In this document: in pieces, positions 31,620 to 40,986 of the stretch
Layout of the letters: the number at the start of each line of letters is the position of its first letter
How positions within the stretch are numbered: the first letter of the stretch is position 1
Assembly: GCA_963821595.1 (NCBI GenBank)
Contig: CAWGEL010000010.1
Coordinates: 65,269-129,268 of the forward strand
Direction of reading: 5' to 3'
DNA: 64,000 nucleotides
Source: an uncultured Chloroflexia bacterium
GTDB lineage: Bacteria > Chloroflexota > Limnocylindria > Limnocylindrales > CSP1-4
Translations under genes and position numbers: made by a program
Notes under the pieces: generated by a model
The model's database searches: none
Told to the model about the DNA's origin: nothing
Seen by the model: only the letters and a program-made list of their open reading frames with translations

Positions 31620-32034
31620 GCTCAAGACGGGGTCAGCACGAGGGCCCCAGCCTGTTCTTCATGACGCCTCGCAGGCGTCGCACCCCGAGAATCGTGCGTT
31701 CTCGCCGCTAGCGGGCACTGGTCATGCAATCGCCCGATGCGGTCGTGCATCCCGCGACGCAACCTCCGGCGGCCAGCTCGGAAGGGCTGGCACAAGCGGC
31801 CTCCGTATTCCCCCTCCGGGAGTCGCTTTGAGCTCGCGCTCATGGCGGGATGCCGTCCCGGCACGGACCGCCTCGAGCGCGATCGGCGCGACCCGTCTGG
31901 GCTTCGGCGCGGCAGAGTAGATTGACCGTCCCCATCTGGGACCGGTGGTCCCGCGTTATCGGCCCTGGCACCTGTCATCGATCGAGCACGCCACTTGAAT
32001 CTCCGGGCGGCAGGAAGGTGGGAGTCTCTCGTAG

Positions 32035-33759
32035 ATGAATGGTGACTCCCGAACAGCAGCGAAGATCGGCAGACTGGGACTGACGATTGCGCTGGGCGTC
32101 CTCGCACTCATAGCCGTCATCGTGGCGACGGCTTCGGCCGCCGGGCCGGTACCCGGCGCCGCGCCAGGCCTGGCGGTCACAGTCCCAGCTGCCACGCGGG
32201 CTCCAATCGCCTCGCCGGCTCCGGCTGCAACGCCGCGCGCAACTCCTTCCCCGACGGCCTCGGCCGGCAGCGGGTCGCTCCCGCCCGACGGAGGCGCGGA
32301 CGCGCCGATCTCGGGCGAGTGGCGCGTGACGTACGGCTCGCCCTCGGTGGTCACGATCTCCGGTTCGGATGGCTCGTACACCCAGGTCGCGAAGAGCCCC
32401 ATCCAGGTCCAGGGAAGTTCCTGCTTCCTGCCACCAGGCACGACGACCGCGACGTTCTCTGGATCCGGGCGCGCCTTCACGGGCCAGCACGGACTCTGGT
32501 TCAGTTCCAACTGCGCGTTTGCACACTGGACCCCGGTCACGGTCACCCTGGCTGGCATGACGTTGACCGAGGTCCTTGGCGACGGAGAGCACTTCGTGTT
32601 CACGAGGATCGGGAATCTTCCGCCGCTGCCGTTTCGCGAGTCCGTGCCGACGCCGGCCCAGATCACGTTCGATCCGGTCATCGTGGCCCAGAGCCTGGCG
32701 ATCGTGGTGGGGATCATCATCCTGGTCCCGTTCCCGGCGATCCTGTTCAATCGGACGCTCGAGGAGAACTACGCGGAGATCGTCGGACGGGTTCGGCGAG
32801 CCAGGCGCCGGCTCACGACCCGGCGCGCGCTCGCGGCACTGTTCGGCCTGCTGCCCCTCGCGGCGAATCGCGGGCCGCAAACCCCATCAGCAGCTCCTGC
32901 GGGGGCGCCGCCGTCGCCCGGGATCGAGCGTATCCCAGAGGCGGTTCGGACCGATCCACCGTCGGAGCAGCCCATCGGAAGCCGGTTCTGGGGAACGCCG
33001 CTCGGCATCGCGTTGTTCGTGCTGCTGAGCGCGCTCTTGTACGGCTTCCTGGACCCCACGTTCGGACCTGACCTCCAATCGCTGGCCGCGTTTGCCGGCC
33101 TCGTCCTCGGGCTCGTCGTGACGCTGTCGGCCTTCTGCGTCCCGATCGAACTCGCGTACCGGCGGAGCGCGATCGGGCACTCCCTGCGGGCGCTGCCGGG
33201 GACGCTGGTCGTCGGCCTCGCATGCGTGCTGATTACTCGATTGACCGATTTCCACCCTGGCTACCTCTACGGGCTGGTGCTCACGTTCGTCGTGGCCCGC
33301 GACCTGGGCATCGCCGCCGAGGGCCGGGCGATGATGCGAGCCGCCGCCAGCACACTTGCCATCGCCGTCGTGTCGTGGCTCGGCCTGTGGCTCGTCGACG
33401 TTCTTGTTCCGGTCCAGTCGGACCCGGGGCCCGCGCTCATCGCGCTCCAGAACGCCCTGGTGATGGCCCTGGTGGCCGGGATTGAGCTCACCGTCTTCGG
33501 GATGCTGCCGCTGCGATTCCTGCCGGGCGAGAAGGTCTTCCGGTGGAGCCGTCGTGCGTGGGCCGCCCTGTTCGGCGCCGGGCTGTTCGGATTCGTGCAC
33601 GTGCTCATGAACCCGAGGAGTGGCTACCTGGCCGACACGACCCGAACGCCGATGGTGACCATCGTCGTGCTCCTGCTCGGCGCCGCGGTCTTCTCGGTCG
33701 GCTTCTGGGCGTACTTCCGCTTCCGGCGGCTGCCCGTCGCGCGATCGGTAGAGCCGTAG
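32035..33759 (+). CDS. Polytopic membrane protein with an N-terminal extracytoplasmic domain (hypothetical)
   Basis: GGAAGGTGGGAG RBS. Signal anchor, Pro/Ala linker, a soluble domain of about 150 aa, then 8 or more TM helices. Contains an FGLLP motif. Confidence 0.7.
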   Translation: MNGDSRTAAKIGRLGLTIALGVLALIAVIVATASAAGPVPGAAPGLAVTVPAATRAPIASPAPAATPRATPSPTASAGSGSLPPDGGADAPISGEWRVTYGSPSVVTISGSDGSYTQVAKSPIQVQGSSCFLPPGTTTATFSGSGRAFTGQHGLWFSSNCAFAHWTPVTVTLAGMTLTEVLGDGEHFVFTRIGNLPPLPFRESVPTPAQITFDPVIVAQSLAIVVGIIILVPFPAILFNRTLEENYAEIVGRVRRARRRLTTRRALAALFGLLPLAANRGPQTPSAAPAGAPPSPGIERIPEAVRTDPPSEQPIGSRFWGTPLGIALFVLLSALLYGFLDPTFGPDLQSLAAFAGLVLGLVVTLSAFCVPIELAYRRSAIGHSLRALPGTLVVGLACVLITRLTDFHPGYLYGLVLTFVVARDLGIAAEGRAMMRAAASTLAIAVVSWLGLWLVDVLVPVQSDPGPALIALQNALVMALVAGIELTVFGMLPLRFLPGEKVFRWSRRAWAALFGAGLFGFVHVLMNPRSGYLADTTRTPMVTIVVLLLGAAVFSVGFWAYFRFRRLPVARSVEP

Positions 33760-33816
33760 CGTCGCAGGCGCCTGGAAGCCGCCGGTTCGGAGAGGGCGAC
33801 ACAGGCGGAGCGGAGG

Positions 33817-34751
33817 TCAGGTCTTCTGCCTGCGAGGCCGTTCCGAGAGGCGCGCATAGATCGCGTCGCGGACCTCGGGGGCCTCCAGATAGCCGTTGAA
33901 GGCGTGATGCCACTCAGCTTCGTTGCGGACCTCGGTGGCATGGACACGGAGTGACGGCGCGTAGTCGCTCCGCAGGTCCTCGAGACGGCTGCCGACGGCC
34001 ACCGGGTCGCCGCCGGCGTGGAAGTTGCGCCAAGTGCGGACGGCCGCGGGGATCTCGATCGGCCGGCTTCCACGCCACGCGCGGAGGTGATCCTGGGTCG
34101 GACCAAGGCCGAGCGGCGAACCGACGGTCAGGAAGCTCACCTCGCGGCCAGCCAGCTCTGGCTCGGCGAGGACGTCGAAGGCGATGATCGATCCGAGACT
34201 GTGGGCCAGCATCACCACCGGCCCGTCATGACGGAGGATTGCCGCGCGAACTCGATCACGCATGAGGTCCGCCATGCCCGGCGTGCCATGAAGGTAGCCG
34301 GACACCTCCCGGTAGAAGTTGCGCACCGCCCCCGGAATGGTGTGGCCAGGCAGCGCGAAGCGCGAACGGTGATCTGTGGCGCCCATCGCGCCGGCGAGTC
34401 GGAGCAGGAACACGTGGGCTTCGTGGGTGCGGCCCGCTCCGGCAACCGAGCCGTGGATCGAGTCGTGAAGGACGTGCTCGTCAGCGTCTGGCGCCGCCGA
34501 ACTCGACTTCGGGTTCGTCTCGAACCACTGCTGCGGCGGCACTCCGAGTCGGGTCCGGCGTGTCCCGGGACGCTCCTGGCGCGGCCCGCGTCGTCGAAAT
34601 GCTCGATCAGGTCGGCGTAGTAGGCCAGGTCCGTCGGTGGCGCTGGGCGGTCCGAGAAGAGGACCTGGTTGTGGATCCGGATCCAATCAGCCTCGGGCGG
34701 CTGCGCGCCGGCGCCGTGGACGTACAGCAACGTGGGATCGCGACGCGCCAT
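33817..34751 (-). pseudogene. Alpha/beta hydrolase (lipase-like, HSLGS nucleophile elbow) interrupted by one frame change
   Basis: The N-terminus MARRDPTLLYVHGAGAQPP... is in the frame of ORF 34212..35102. The remainder (..VVMLAHSLGSIIAFDVL..) is in the frame of ORF 33817..34686. Span is 935 nt, not a multiple of 3. The switch lies near 34540-34600. Confidence 0.65.
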
Positions 34752-35113
34752 ACCTGCCTCTGAGCACGAGAAACCGCTGGCTCGACGGCATGATACCGGG
34801 CTCGAGCAGCGGCGAGTGGTGATCCGAGGCGTGGCACACGTGTCAACCGTGATGCGGGCCGGCTGTCCGTCGCTTCGGAGCCACCGAGCGGCATGACCAG
34901 GCGGCCACCGGAGCGCCTGGCGTGTAGTGTTCTCCGCGGTGGAGAATCCGCCCGACGCGGCGAGCGATGAGGTGAGCCTCAGTTCGTCCGAGGCGCCGGG
35001 CCCGGGCCGACGTCGACCAGCGCGATGGCGGCCGCGTGCCCGGGCCAGATGCCGGCCACCGACCCGGGCAGATACCGGGCATCGATCGTCCAATCTCAGC
35101 ACAGGACCGCCTC

Positions 35114-36835
35114 GTGACGAGCCTTGCGCACCGCCTTGCTCAACCCAGCTCCGACGTCGAGATCGCCGCTCCGGCCGTCGTGCGCCAGGCCGTGGTGCTC
35201 GCGCTCGGCGCGGCTCTCGCGGCCGTCGTGGTCGCGCTCGTCGCGATTCGCCCCACTTCCGGCCCCCCGCTCGCCTACGACACGTTCTCGTCCGTGCTCC
35301 ATTTCGAGCGCATCGTGAGCGGCCATCAGCTTGAGGCGGGGCTGGGCACGACGCCGAAGCCGCTCCTCACCGTCGCCCTCGGCCTCGCGCACGCCGTCGG
35401 CGGGTGGGTCCTCGTCTCCATCGTCTCGATCGCCGTGTGGGCGGCGGCTGTCGGACTTGGCACCGCGCTCGGCGTCCGCCTCGCGGGGGCGGTGGGAGGG
35501 GCCGCCCTTGGGGCGCTGCTCGTCGCCTCGCCGGCCTTCCTCCTCGAGGTCGGCTGGGGCCTCGCCAGCCCCTGGGCGCTCGGCCTGTGGTTCGCGGCCG
35601 GCCTGGCCGTTCTCGCGCCGCGGCCGCGCTGGGGCCTGGCCGGGATCCTGCTCGGCCTTGCCACCCTTGCCCGGCTCGAGACGCTCCTGATCGTCGGACT
35701 CGCCCTTGGCGTGCTCCTCCTCCGCAGCCTCACGCGCGGCGGCTGGCGGCCCCGGCAATGGCGCCTGCCCGCAGCGCGGCTCCGGCTGCACGCCGCGATG
35801 CCACCGGGGCCGTGGAGGATCGGGATCGCGCTGTGGGCGCTGCCGGTGATGCTCATCCACGACGCGCTGCTGACCGGGGACCCGTTCTACTGGTCGCGGG
35901 TCTCGGCCGTCTACGGCGAGGCACTGGCCAGCATCGGCGCGCTCCCCGACGCCTGGAGCGCCGTGCGGCAGGCGGTGGACGTGCCCCTGGGCATGCCGAT
36001 CCTGTCGGTCCTGGCCCTCGTCGGCGCGCTCACCCTCGTGACCCGGCGGGCCTGGCCGATCCTGCTGGCACTCCTCGCGCTCGGCCCGGGCATGGGGGTC
36101 TTCCTGGCGGTGCTGGCCGCGAGCGGGCGATTCGTGGATCCCCGCTACCTCATCCCGATCCAGGCCGTCATCCTCGTCGCGGCCGCGATCGGGATCGGCG
36201 CCCTTGCCTCGCTCGCGGCCGAGCGCCTCGGTGGAGCCCAAGGGCGGCGGGCGCGCGGCATCGTGCCGCCACGACGGGCGGTTGGCGTTGGCCGCGGCAT
36301 CGCCGCGGGTGCCCTCGTCGTCGTCGGCGTGGTCGTGGCACTCGTCGCGTCGCCGACGATCGGGCCGCTCGATGCGTCGACCCGGGCCACACTCGACCGC
36401 TTCCGCACGCTGGCTCACTCGGCGGACGTTGCGGAGCCCGTGCTCGCGGAGGAGCTCGCGGACTTCAGGACGGCGCGAGTCTGGCCGGGCACCGCGCCGC
36501 TCAACGACCGGTCGCGATCGGACATCTTCGCGGTGCCCGGCAACCTCCGCCCGCGGCTCGCCCTCGACCTGGACGTGCCCCTGACCCGCCTCATTGCGAC
36601 CGACGCCACGCGGCTCGAGCCGGGCCGGGGCGCGCTCCCGCCCGGCGAGATCGTCTTCCACAGCGGAGGCGACGTTCCGGCCCGATCCTTCGCTGCCCTC
36701 GAGGTCGAGGCGCCCTCACTCGCCGGCCCGGTGCTCCTCGTGCCGCTGCTGCACGATGCCGCGACCACCACGTGGATCCTGCGGATCGACTCGACCGGCG
36801 GGTTCAGTTCGAGCGGCGGGGGATTGCGGCGCTGA
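35114..36835 (+). CDS. Large polytopic membrane protein; topology resembles GT-C type glycosyltransferases (inference only)
   Basis: Ten or more hydrophobic segments followed by a soluble C-terminal domain. Start is uncertain (GTG 35114 within ORF 35036..36835). Confidence 0.55.
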   Translation: MTSLAHRLAQPSSDVEIAAPAVVRQAVVLALGAALAAVVVALVAIRPTSGPPLAYDTFSSVLHFERIVSGHQLEAGLGTTPKPLLTVALGLAHAVGGWVLVSIVSIAVWAAAVGLGTALGVRLAGAVGGAALGALLVASPAFLLEVGWGLASPWALGLWFAAGLAVLAPRPRWGLAGILLGLATLARLETLLIVGLALGVLLLRSLTRGGWRPRQWRLPAARLRLHAAMPPGPWRIGIALWALPVMLIHDALLTGDPFYWSRVSAVYGEALASIGALPDAWSAVRQAVDVPLGMPILSVLALVGALTLVTRRAWPILLALLALGPGMGVFLAVLAASGRFVDPRYLIPIQAVILVAAAIGIGALASLAAERLGGAQGRRARGIVPPRRAVGVGRGIAAGALVVVGVVVALVASPTIGPLDASTRATLDRFRTLAHSADVAEPVLAEELADFRTARVWPGTAPLNDRSRSDIFAVPGNLRPRLALDLDVPLTRLIATDATRLEPGRGALPPGEIVFHSGGDVPARSFAALEVEAPSLAGPVLLVPLLHDAATTTWILRIDSTGGFSSSGGGLRR

Positions 36836-36963
36836 GGACGTCTCGCGCCGCTGAGGACTCCTCCGCCGGTCGCCGCGGCGCTGAGGGCGTCTCGCGCCGC
36901 TGAGGACGTCTCGCGGCGCTGAGGGGTCTCGCGCCGCTGGGGACTCTTCCGCCGGGCGCCGTG
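36830..36963. repeat. Degenerate 19-nt tandem repeat (CGCTGAGGACGTCTCGCGC), six copies with two 30-nt variants, starting on the stop codon of the upstream gene
   Basis: CGCTGAGG at 36830, 36849, 36879, 36898 and 36917, and CGCTGGGG at 36935. TGA 36833-36835 is the stop of the membrane-protein ORF. Confidence 0.85.
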
Positions 36964-36973
36964 CCCCCGGGCG

Positions 36974-37915
36974 TCAGCCCAGCCTGGCCAGGAGCGGCCG
37001 CACCTCGGTCGCCAGGCGCGTCATCGACTCCTCGTCGTAGACCGCCGGGATGCCCGCAACCAGGTGCCGGTAGCCGATCTCGAGGTACGGTGCCAGCTTC
37101 GCGGCGACGTCCTCGGGCGTGCCGACGGGCTGGTCCTGCCACGGCCGGGCGACCCGGTTGCGGTCGAATGCTTCGCGAAAGACCCGCTCGGCCTCGGCGC
37201 GATCGTCGCGGATGACGACGACGCCGACGCCCGTGGTTCGCTCGATCTCGACCGGATCACGGCCCACCGCCGCGCAATGCTCCAGCAGGACCTGCTCGCG
37301 CTGGCGGACGGTCTCGATTCCACCGCCGATGTTGCACATGTCCGCGTAGCGGGCGACGAGGCGCAGCGTCACCTTCTCGCCGCTGCCACCGACGCAGATC
37401 GGCAGCCGAGGCTGGATGGGCGCCGGCAGGTTGCGCGTGTGCTGCGAGCGGTAGCGCGGGCCGGCTGCGGTCGGCTCCTCGCCGTGGAGCATCCCGCGCA
37501 TGACCAGCAGCGCCTCCCCGAGCCAGCGCAGGCGCTCCGGAGGACCGGACCCGAACTCGAATCCGAAGTCGGCGTGCTCCTCCTCGAACCACGCCGCGCC
37601 GATGCCCAGGATCGCCCGGCCGCCGCTGATGTGGTCGAGCGTGGTGGCCATCTTGGCGACGAGCGCCGGGCTGCGGAACGTGTTCGCCCCGACCATGAGC
37701 CCGATCCGGATCCGTTTCGTGGCCTGGGCCCAGGCGGCCAGCGTCAGCCAGCCCTCGTAGTTGGGGCCATGCGAGTCACCGACGATCGGGTACAGGTGGT
37801 CCCACGTCCACAGGCTGTCGAAGCCCAGGCGGTCGGCCCGGATCCCGGCCTCCAACAGGGACGGCCAGTCGGTGTACTGGTTCCAGCACAGGGCGCCGAT
37901 CTTGACTTCGCTCAA
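36974..37915 (-). CDS. LLM-class (luciferase-like, probably F420-dependent) oxidoreductase
   Basis: MSEVKIGALCWNQYTDWPSLLEAGIRADRLGFDSLWTWDHL...: typical LLM N-terminus with full-length similarity. Confidence 0.85.
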   Translation of the reverse strand: MSEVKIGALCWNQYTDWPSLLEAGIRADRLGFDSLWTWDHLYPIVGDSHGPNYEGWLTLAAWAQATKRIRIGLMVGANTFRSPALVAKMATTLDHISGGRAILGIGAAWFEEEHADFGFEFGSGPPERLRWLGEALLVMRGMLHGEEPTAAGPRYRSQHTRNLPAPIQPRLPICVGGSGEKVTLRLVARYADMCNIGGGIETVRQREQVLLEHCAAVGRDPVEIERTTGVGVVVIRDDRAEAERVFREAFDRNRVARPWQDQPVGTPEDVAAKLAPYLEIGYRHLVAGIPAVYDEESMTRLATEVRPLLARLG

Positions 37916-38119
37916 CTCATCGCTCCGTTTGCTCAGGAAGGTCGACCATGATGGAGAGGCAGGGTGGCCACGCGTGGGCTGTCGAGGCCGATCCCCACCC
38001 AGTGTGGCTCACGCGCATGACCGCCGAGGTCGAGTCGATCCCCTGCCGCAGACGCCAGCCCGGGACGCGTGATCCCGATCTGGCGCGCGACCGTGGCACT
38101 CTCGGCAACGATGCCTCGA

Positions 38120-38464
38120 TTACTCCTGCCTGACGATATCGACCGAGATCTCCACCGCCGGAATCGTTCCCGTGTTCTCGAGCCAGTGGGTCGTGTTCCG
38201 ATCCTCGGGCCAGCCCACTCCCGGCCCGTAGTCCCTGGCGACGCCGTTTCGATGGTCAGTGATCGTTCCCTGCAGGATGTACACGGTGCCTGGTCTGCCG
38301 CTGTGGTCGTGAATCGGGCCGAAGACGCCTCCGGGCGCGATGGTCACCATGCGCATTCGAAGTTGGCGCCCAGCCATGCCCTCGATCTCGCCTGCAAGGT
38401 CGACGGCTGCAAGTTCCTCAACCACGACACCAGTCGTCGCAGGTGCCACCTGTTCATTGCTCAT
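38120..38464 (-). CDS. Cupin-domain protein
   Basis: Internal ATG with a GGAAGGAGGAG RBS. GPIHDHSGRPGTVYILQGT...HWLENTG cupin motifs. Confidence 0.75.
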   Translation of the reverse strand: MSNEQVAPATTGVVVEELAAVDLAGEIEGMAGRQLRMRMVTIAPGGVFGPIHDHSGRPGTVYILQGTITDHRNGVARDYGPGVGWPEDRNTTHWLENTGTIPAVEISVDIVRQE

Positions 38465-38541
38465 CCGGCGCTCCTCCTTCCACGTCCAGCTCGATCCAGG
38501 ATCGGGCGGCCCTCCAGGCCGGCCAGACGTCGTGACCGCCG

Positions 38542-38670
38542 TCACGTCCACAGGCTGTCGAAGCCCAGCCGGTCGGCGCGTACGGCGGCCTCAAGGAGCG
38601 CACGCCGATCCGCGTATTGGTCCAGCATCGTGCGCCGAGGCCAGCACCGTGCGCCGAGCCTGATCTCGAT
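38542..38670 (-). pseudogene. Orphan 5' fragment of a second LLM oxidoreductase gene, truncated at ...GFDSLWT*
   Basis: IEIRLGARCWP..DQYADRRALLEAAVRADRLGFDSLWT is collinear with the first 40 aa of the LLM at 36974..37915. A 26-nt identical run occurs at 38543-38568 and 37803-37828. Confidence 0.55.
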
Positions 38671-38913
38671 CGTGAGCGGCAGTCTAGCGGGCCGCGGTGA
38701 GAAGCCGATCTGCCGCCGCCCGACGAGGTCGCGTTCCATCTCGAGCGCAACCTGGTCCTCGGATTTCGGTCGGAGCTGGAATCCGAACGTCTGCGCCATG
38801 AGCGCCAGGAGCGGGTTCAGGAGTCCGAACAGGCTATCGCCGCCGTACGTCTTCACCACCGTCTGCGGCAGCCTCGATCCTCCACACCGGGATTGACCTG
38901 CGCAACGCTCGGT

Positions 38914-38927
38914 GAGTGTTCTCACTC
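38914..38927. promoter_or_regulatory. Palindrome GAGTG-TTCT-CACTC upstream of the wHTH regulator (candidate operator)
   Basis: Read directly from the sequence, 48 nt upstream of ATG 38975. Confidence 0.25.
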
Positions 38928-38974
38928 TCGAGTACGTTAGCAATTCTGCGATCGGTCTGCTACCATCGAGGCCG

Positions 38975-39535
38975 ATGGCAAGCGCGAAGCTCCTCCTGCA
39001 CCCGGCGCGCCTCCGCATCGTGAAGGCCTTCATGGGGGATCGGCAGCTCACCACGAGGCAGCTCGCGGCCGAGCTTCCCGACGTACCGGAGGCCAGCGTC
39101 TACCGGCACGTCGCGCGGCTCGCCCAGGCCAGCGTCCTCGAGGTAGTGGCGGAGAACCGCGTTCGCGGGGCGGTGGAGCGCACCTATGCGCTGCGGCCGG
39201 CGGCGGCGCGGATCGGGCCCGAGGAGGCCGCCACGATGACGCCCGACGAGCATGCGCAGGCGTTCCTCGCCTACGTGGCAGGGCTCCTCGCAGACTTCGA
39301 CCGCTACCTCGCCGGTACGCCCGACCCAGGACGAGATGGCGCGTCCTACCAGGTGGCCGGGCTGTGGCTCACCGACGCCGAGTTCGCTGAGTTCGCCGGC
39401 GCCATCGCCGCGCTTGCTGCCCCGCGGCTCGTCAACCCGCCCGGCCCCGGTCGTCGCCGGCGGCTGCTCTACACGGTGGTGCTCCCCGCGCCCGGGGCCG
39501 AGATCGGGGGCGGGCACGGTTTCCCGGAATCATGA
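38975..39535 (+). CDS. Winged helix-turn-helix (ArsR-like) transcriptional regulator
   Basis: LLLHPARLRIVKAFMGDRQLTTRQLAAELPDVPEASVYRHVARLAQASVLEVV. Confidence 0.7.
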   Translation: MASAKLLLHPARLRIVKAFMGDRQLTTRQLAAELPDVPEASVYRHVARLAQASVLEVVAENRVRGAVERTYALRPAAARIGPEEAATMTPDEHAQAFLAYVAGLLADFDRYLAGTPDPGRDGASYQVAGLWLTDAEFAEFAGAIAALAAPRLVNPPGPGRRRRLLYTVVLPAPGAEIGGGHGFPES

Positions 39536-39557
39536 CCTAGCCGAAAGGACCGCCCAC

Positions 39558-40853
39558 ATGCTGCCGACCCCTGCCGAATTGAGCCTGACCGTCCTCGAAC
39601 TCGCGCAGGACGGGCGGTTCGATGAGCTCCGCGAGCGGTTTGCGCCGCCGCTGCGCCCGATGGTCAGCGCCGACGACCTGCGTCTTGCCTGGACGGCTGC
39701 CATCGAGCGGCTCGGTCCGGTCACCTCCGTCGGCGACCCTGCCAGCGAACCCGCCCCCGGGGTGACCCTGGTCAAGGTCCCGGTGGCCTGCGAACGGGGT
39801 GCCCTGACGCTCGTGGTCGCGGTGACGGCCACGGGGCAGCTCGCCGGGGTGCAGGTGGCCCCGCCCGAGGCGATCGAGCCCGTCAGGCCATGGGAACCCC
39901 CCGCGTACGCGGACTCCTCGTCCTTCGAGGAGCGGGACATCGTGCTGGGCTCCGACGACATGGCGGTGCCTGCCACGCTCAGCCTCCCGCGCAGGGCTGG
40001 GCCGCTGCCCGCCGTGGTCCTGCTGCCCGGGTCCGGCCCGATGGACCGCGACGAAACCGTCGGGCCGAACAAGATGTTCAAGGATCTCGCCTGGGGCCTC
40101 GCCACGCGGGGGATCGTCGTGCTGCGCTTCGACAAGGTGACCCATGCCCATCCCGCGGAGGCCCGGGCCATGGCCGACTTCACCCTGTCCGACGAGTACG
40201 TGCCCCAGGCCAGCGGTGCCGTCGAGGTGCTGCGACGGCATCCGGCGGTCGATCCCGGGCGCGTCTTCGTGGCCGGCCACAGTCTGGGCGGCACGGTCGC
40301 TCCGCGGGTCGCCGCGGCCGAGCCCAGCGTCGCCGGGCTCGCCATCCTGGCCGGGGGAGCGGCGCCCCTGCACTGGGTGATCGTCCGGCAGGTCCGGTAT
40401 CTCTCCTCGCTCGATCCGTCGGCACCCTCGCCATCCGCGGTCGAGGCGCTGACCCGGCAGGCGCAGCTGGTCGACTCCCCCGACCTCTCGCCCGCGACGC
40501 CCGCGACCGAGCTGCCTCTTGGCACCCCCGCTCCGTACTGGCTGGACCTCCGCGGCTACGACGCGCCCGCGGCCGCGGGCGCGCTCGGGAAGCCGGTGCT
40601 GGTCCTGCAGGGGGGGCGCGACTACCAGGCCACCGTGGACGACGACCTGCCCCGCTGGCAGGCGGCGCTGGCCGATCGCCCCGGCGTGACGATCAACGTC
40701 TACCCCGCCGACGATCACTTCTTCTTCGCGGGCACCGGGTCTTCCACGCCGCAGGACGCGATGAAGGGCGGCCAGCACGTGGATCCCGCCGTGATCGACG
40801 ACCTCGCGCGTTGGCTGACGAGGGATCCAGCGAAGGCCAGCCGGACGCTGTAA
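39558..40853 (+). CDS. Alpha/beta hydrolase with an N-terminal accessory domain
   Basis: VFVAGHSLGG nucleophile elbow and LVLQGGRDYQ...DDHFF. Start at the internal ATG of ORF 39252..40853. Confidence 0.8.
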   Translation: MLPTPAELSLTVLELAQDGRFDELRERFAPPLRPMVSADDLRLAWTAAIERLGPVTSVGDPASEPAPGVTLVKVPVACERGALTLVVAVTATGQLAGVQVAPPEAIEPVRPWEPPAYADSSSFEERDIVLGSDDMAVPATLSLPRRAGPLPAVVLLPGSGPMDRDETVGPNKMFKDLAWGLATRGIVVLRFDKVTHAHPAEARAMADFTLSDEYVPQASGAVEVLRRHPAVDPGRVFVAGHSLGGTVAPRVAAAEPSVAGLAILAGGAAPLHWVIVRQVRYLSSLDPSAPSPSAVEALTRQAQLVDSPDLSPATPATELPLGTPAPYWLDLRGYDAPAAAGALGKPVLVLQGGRDYQATVDDDLPRWQAALADRPGVTINVYPADDHFFFAGTGSSTPQDAMKGGQHVDPAVIDDLARWLTRDPAKASRTL

Positions 40854-40986
40854 GGAAAGACGCGCGCGGCGCGGCATGATTGGCAGGGAAGTGGCCCCGC
40901 GATGCGGGGCCGGGCGGCCGCAGGCGTTGTTCGCCCGCGGGCGTCGTCAACCCGCATGTCGGCGCAGCAACGGAAGGAGATCGAGC

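Noticed and set aside
37990-38110. Minus-strand fragment ..IVAESATVARQIGITRPGLA.. as a relic of an HTH regulator between the LLM and cupin genes
   Set aside because: About 20 residues of vague HTH-like pattern with no start or stop context. It is too weak to call, though it is consistent with the mosaic nature of the locus.
38893-38940. A sigma-70 promoter for the wHTH regulator built on TTGACC at 38893
   Set aside because: No acceptable -10 hexamer lies at 16-19 nt spacing. Only the GAGTG-N4-CACTC palindrome is reported.
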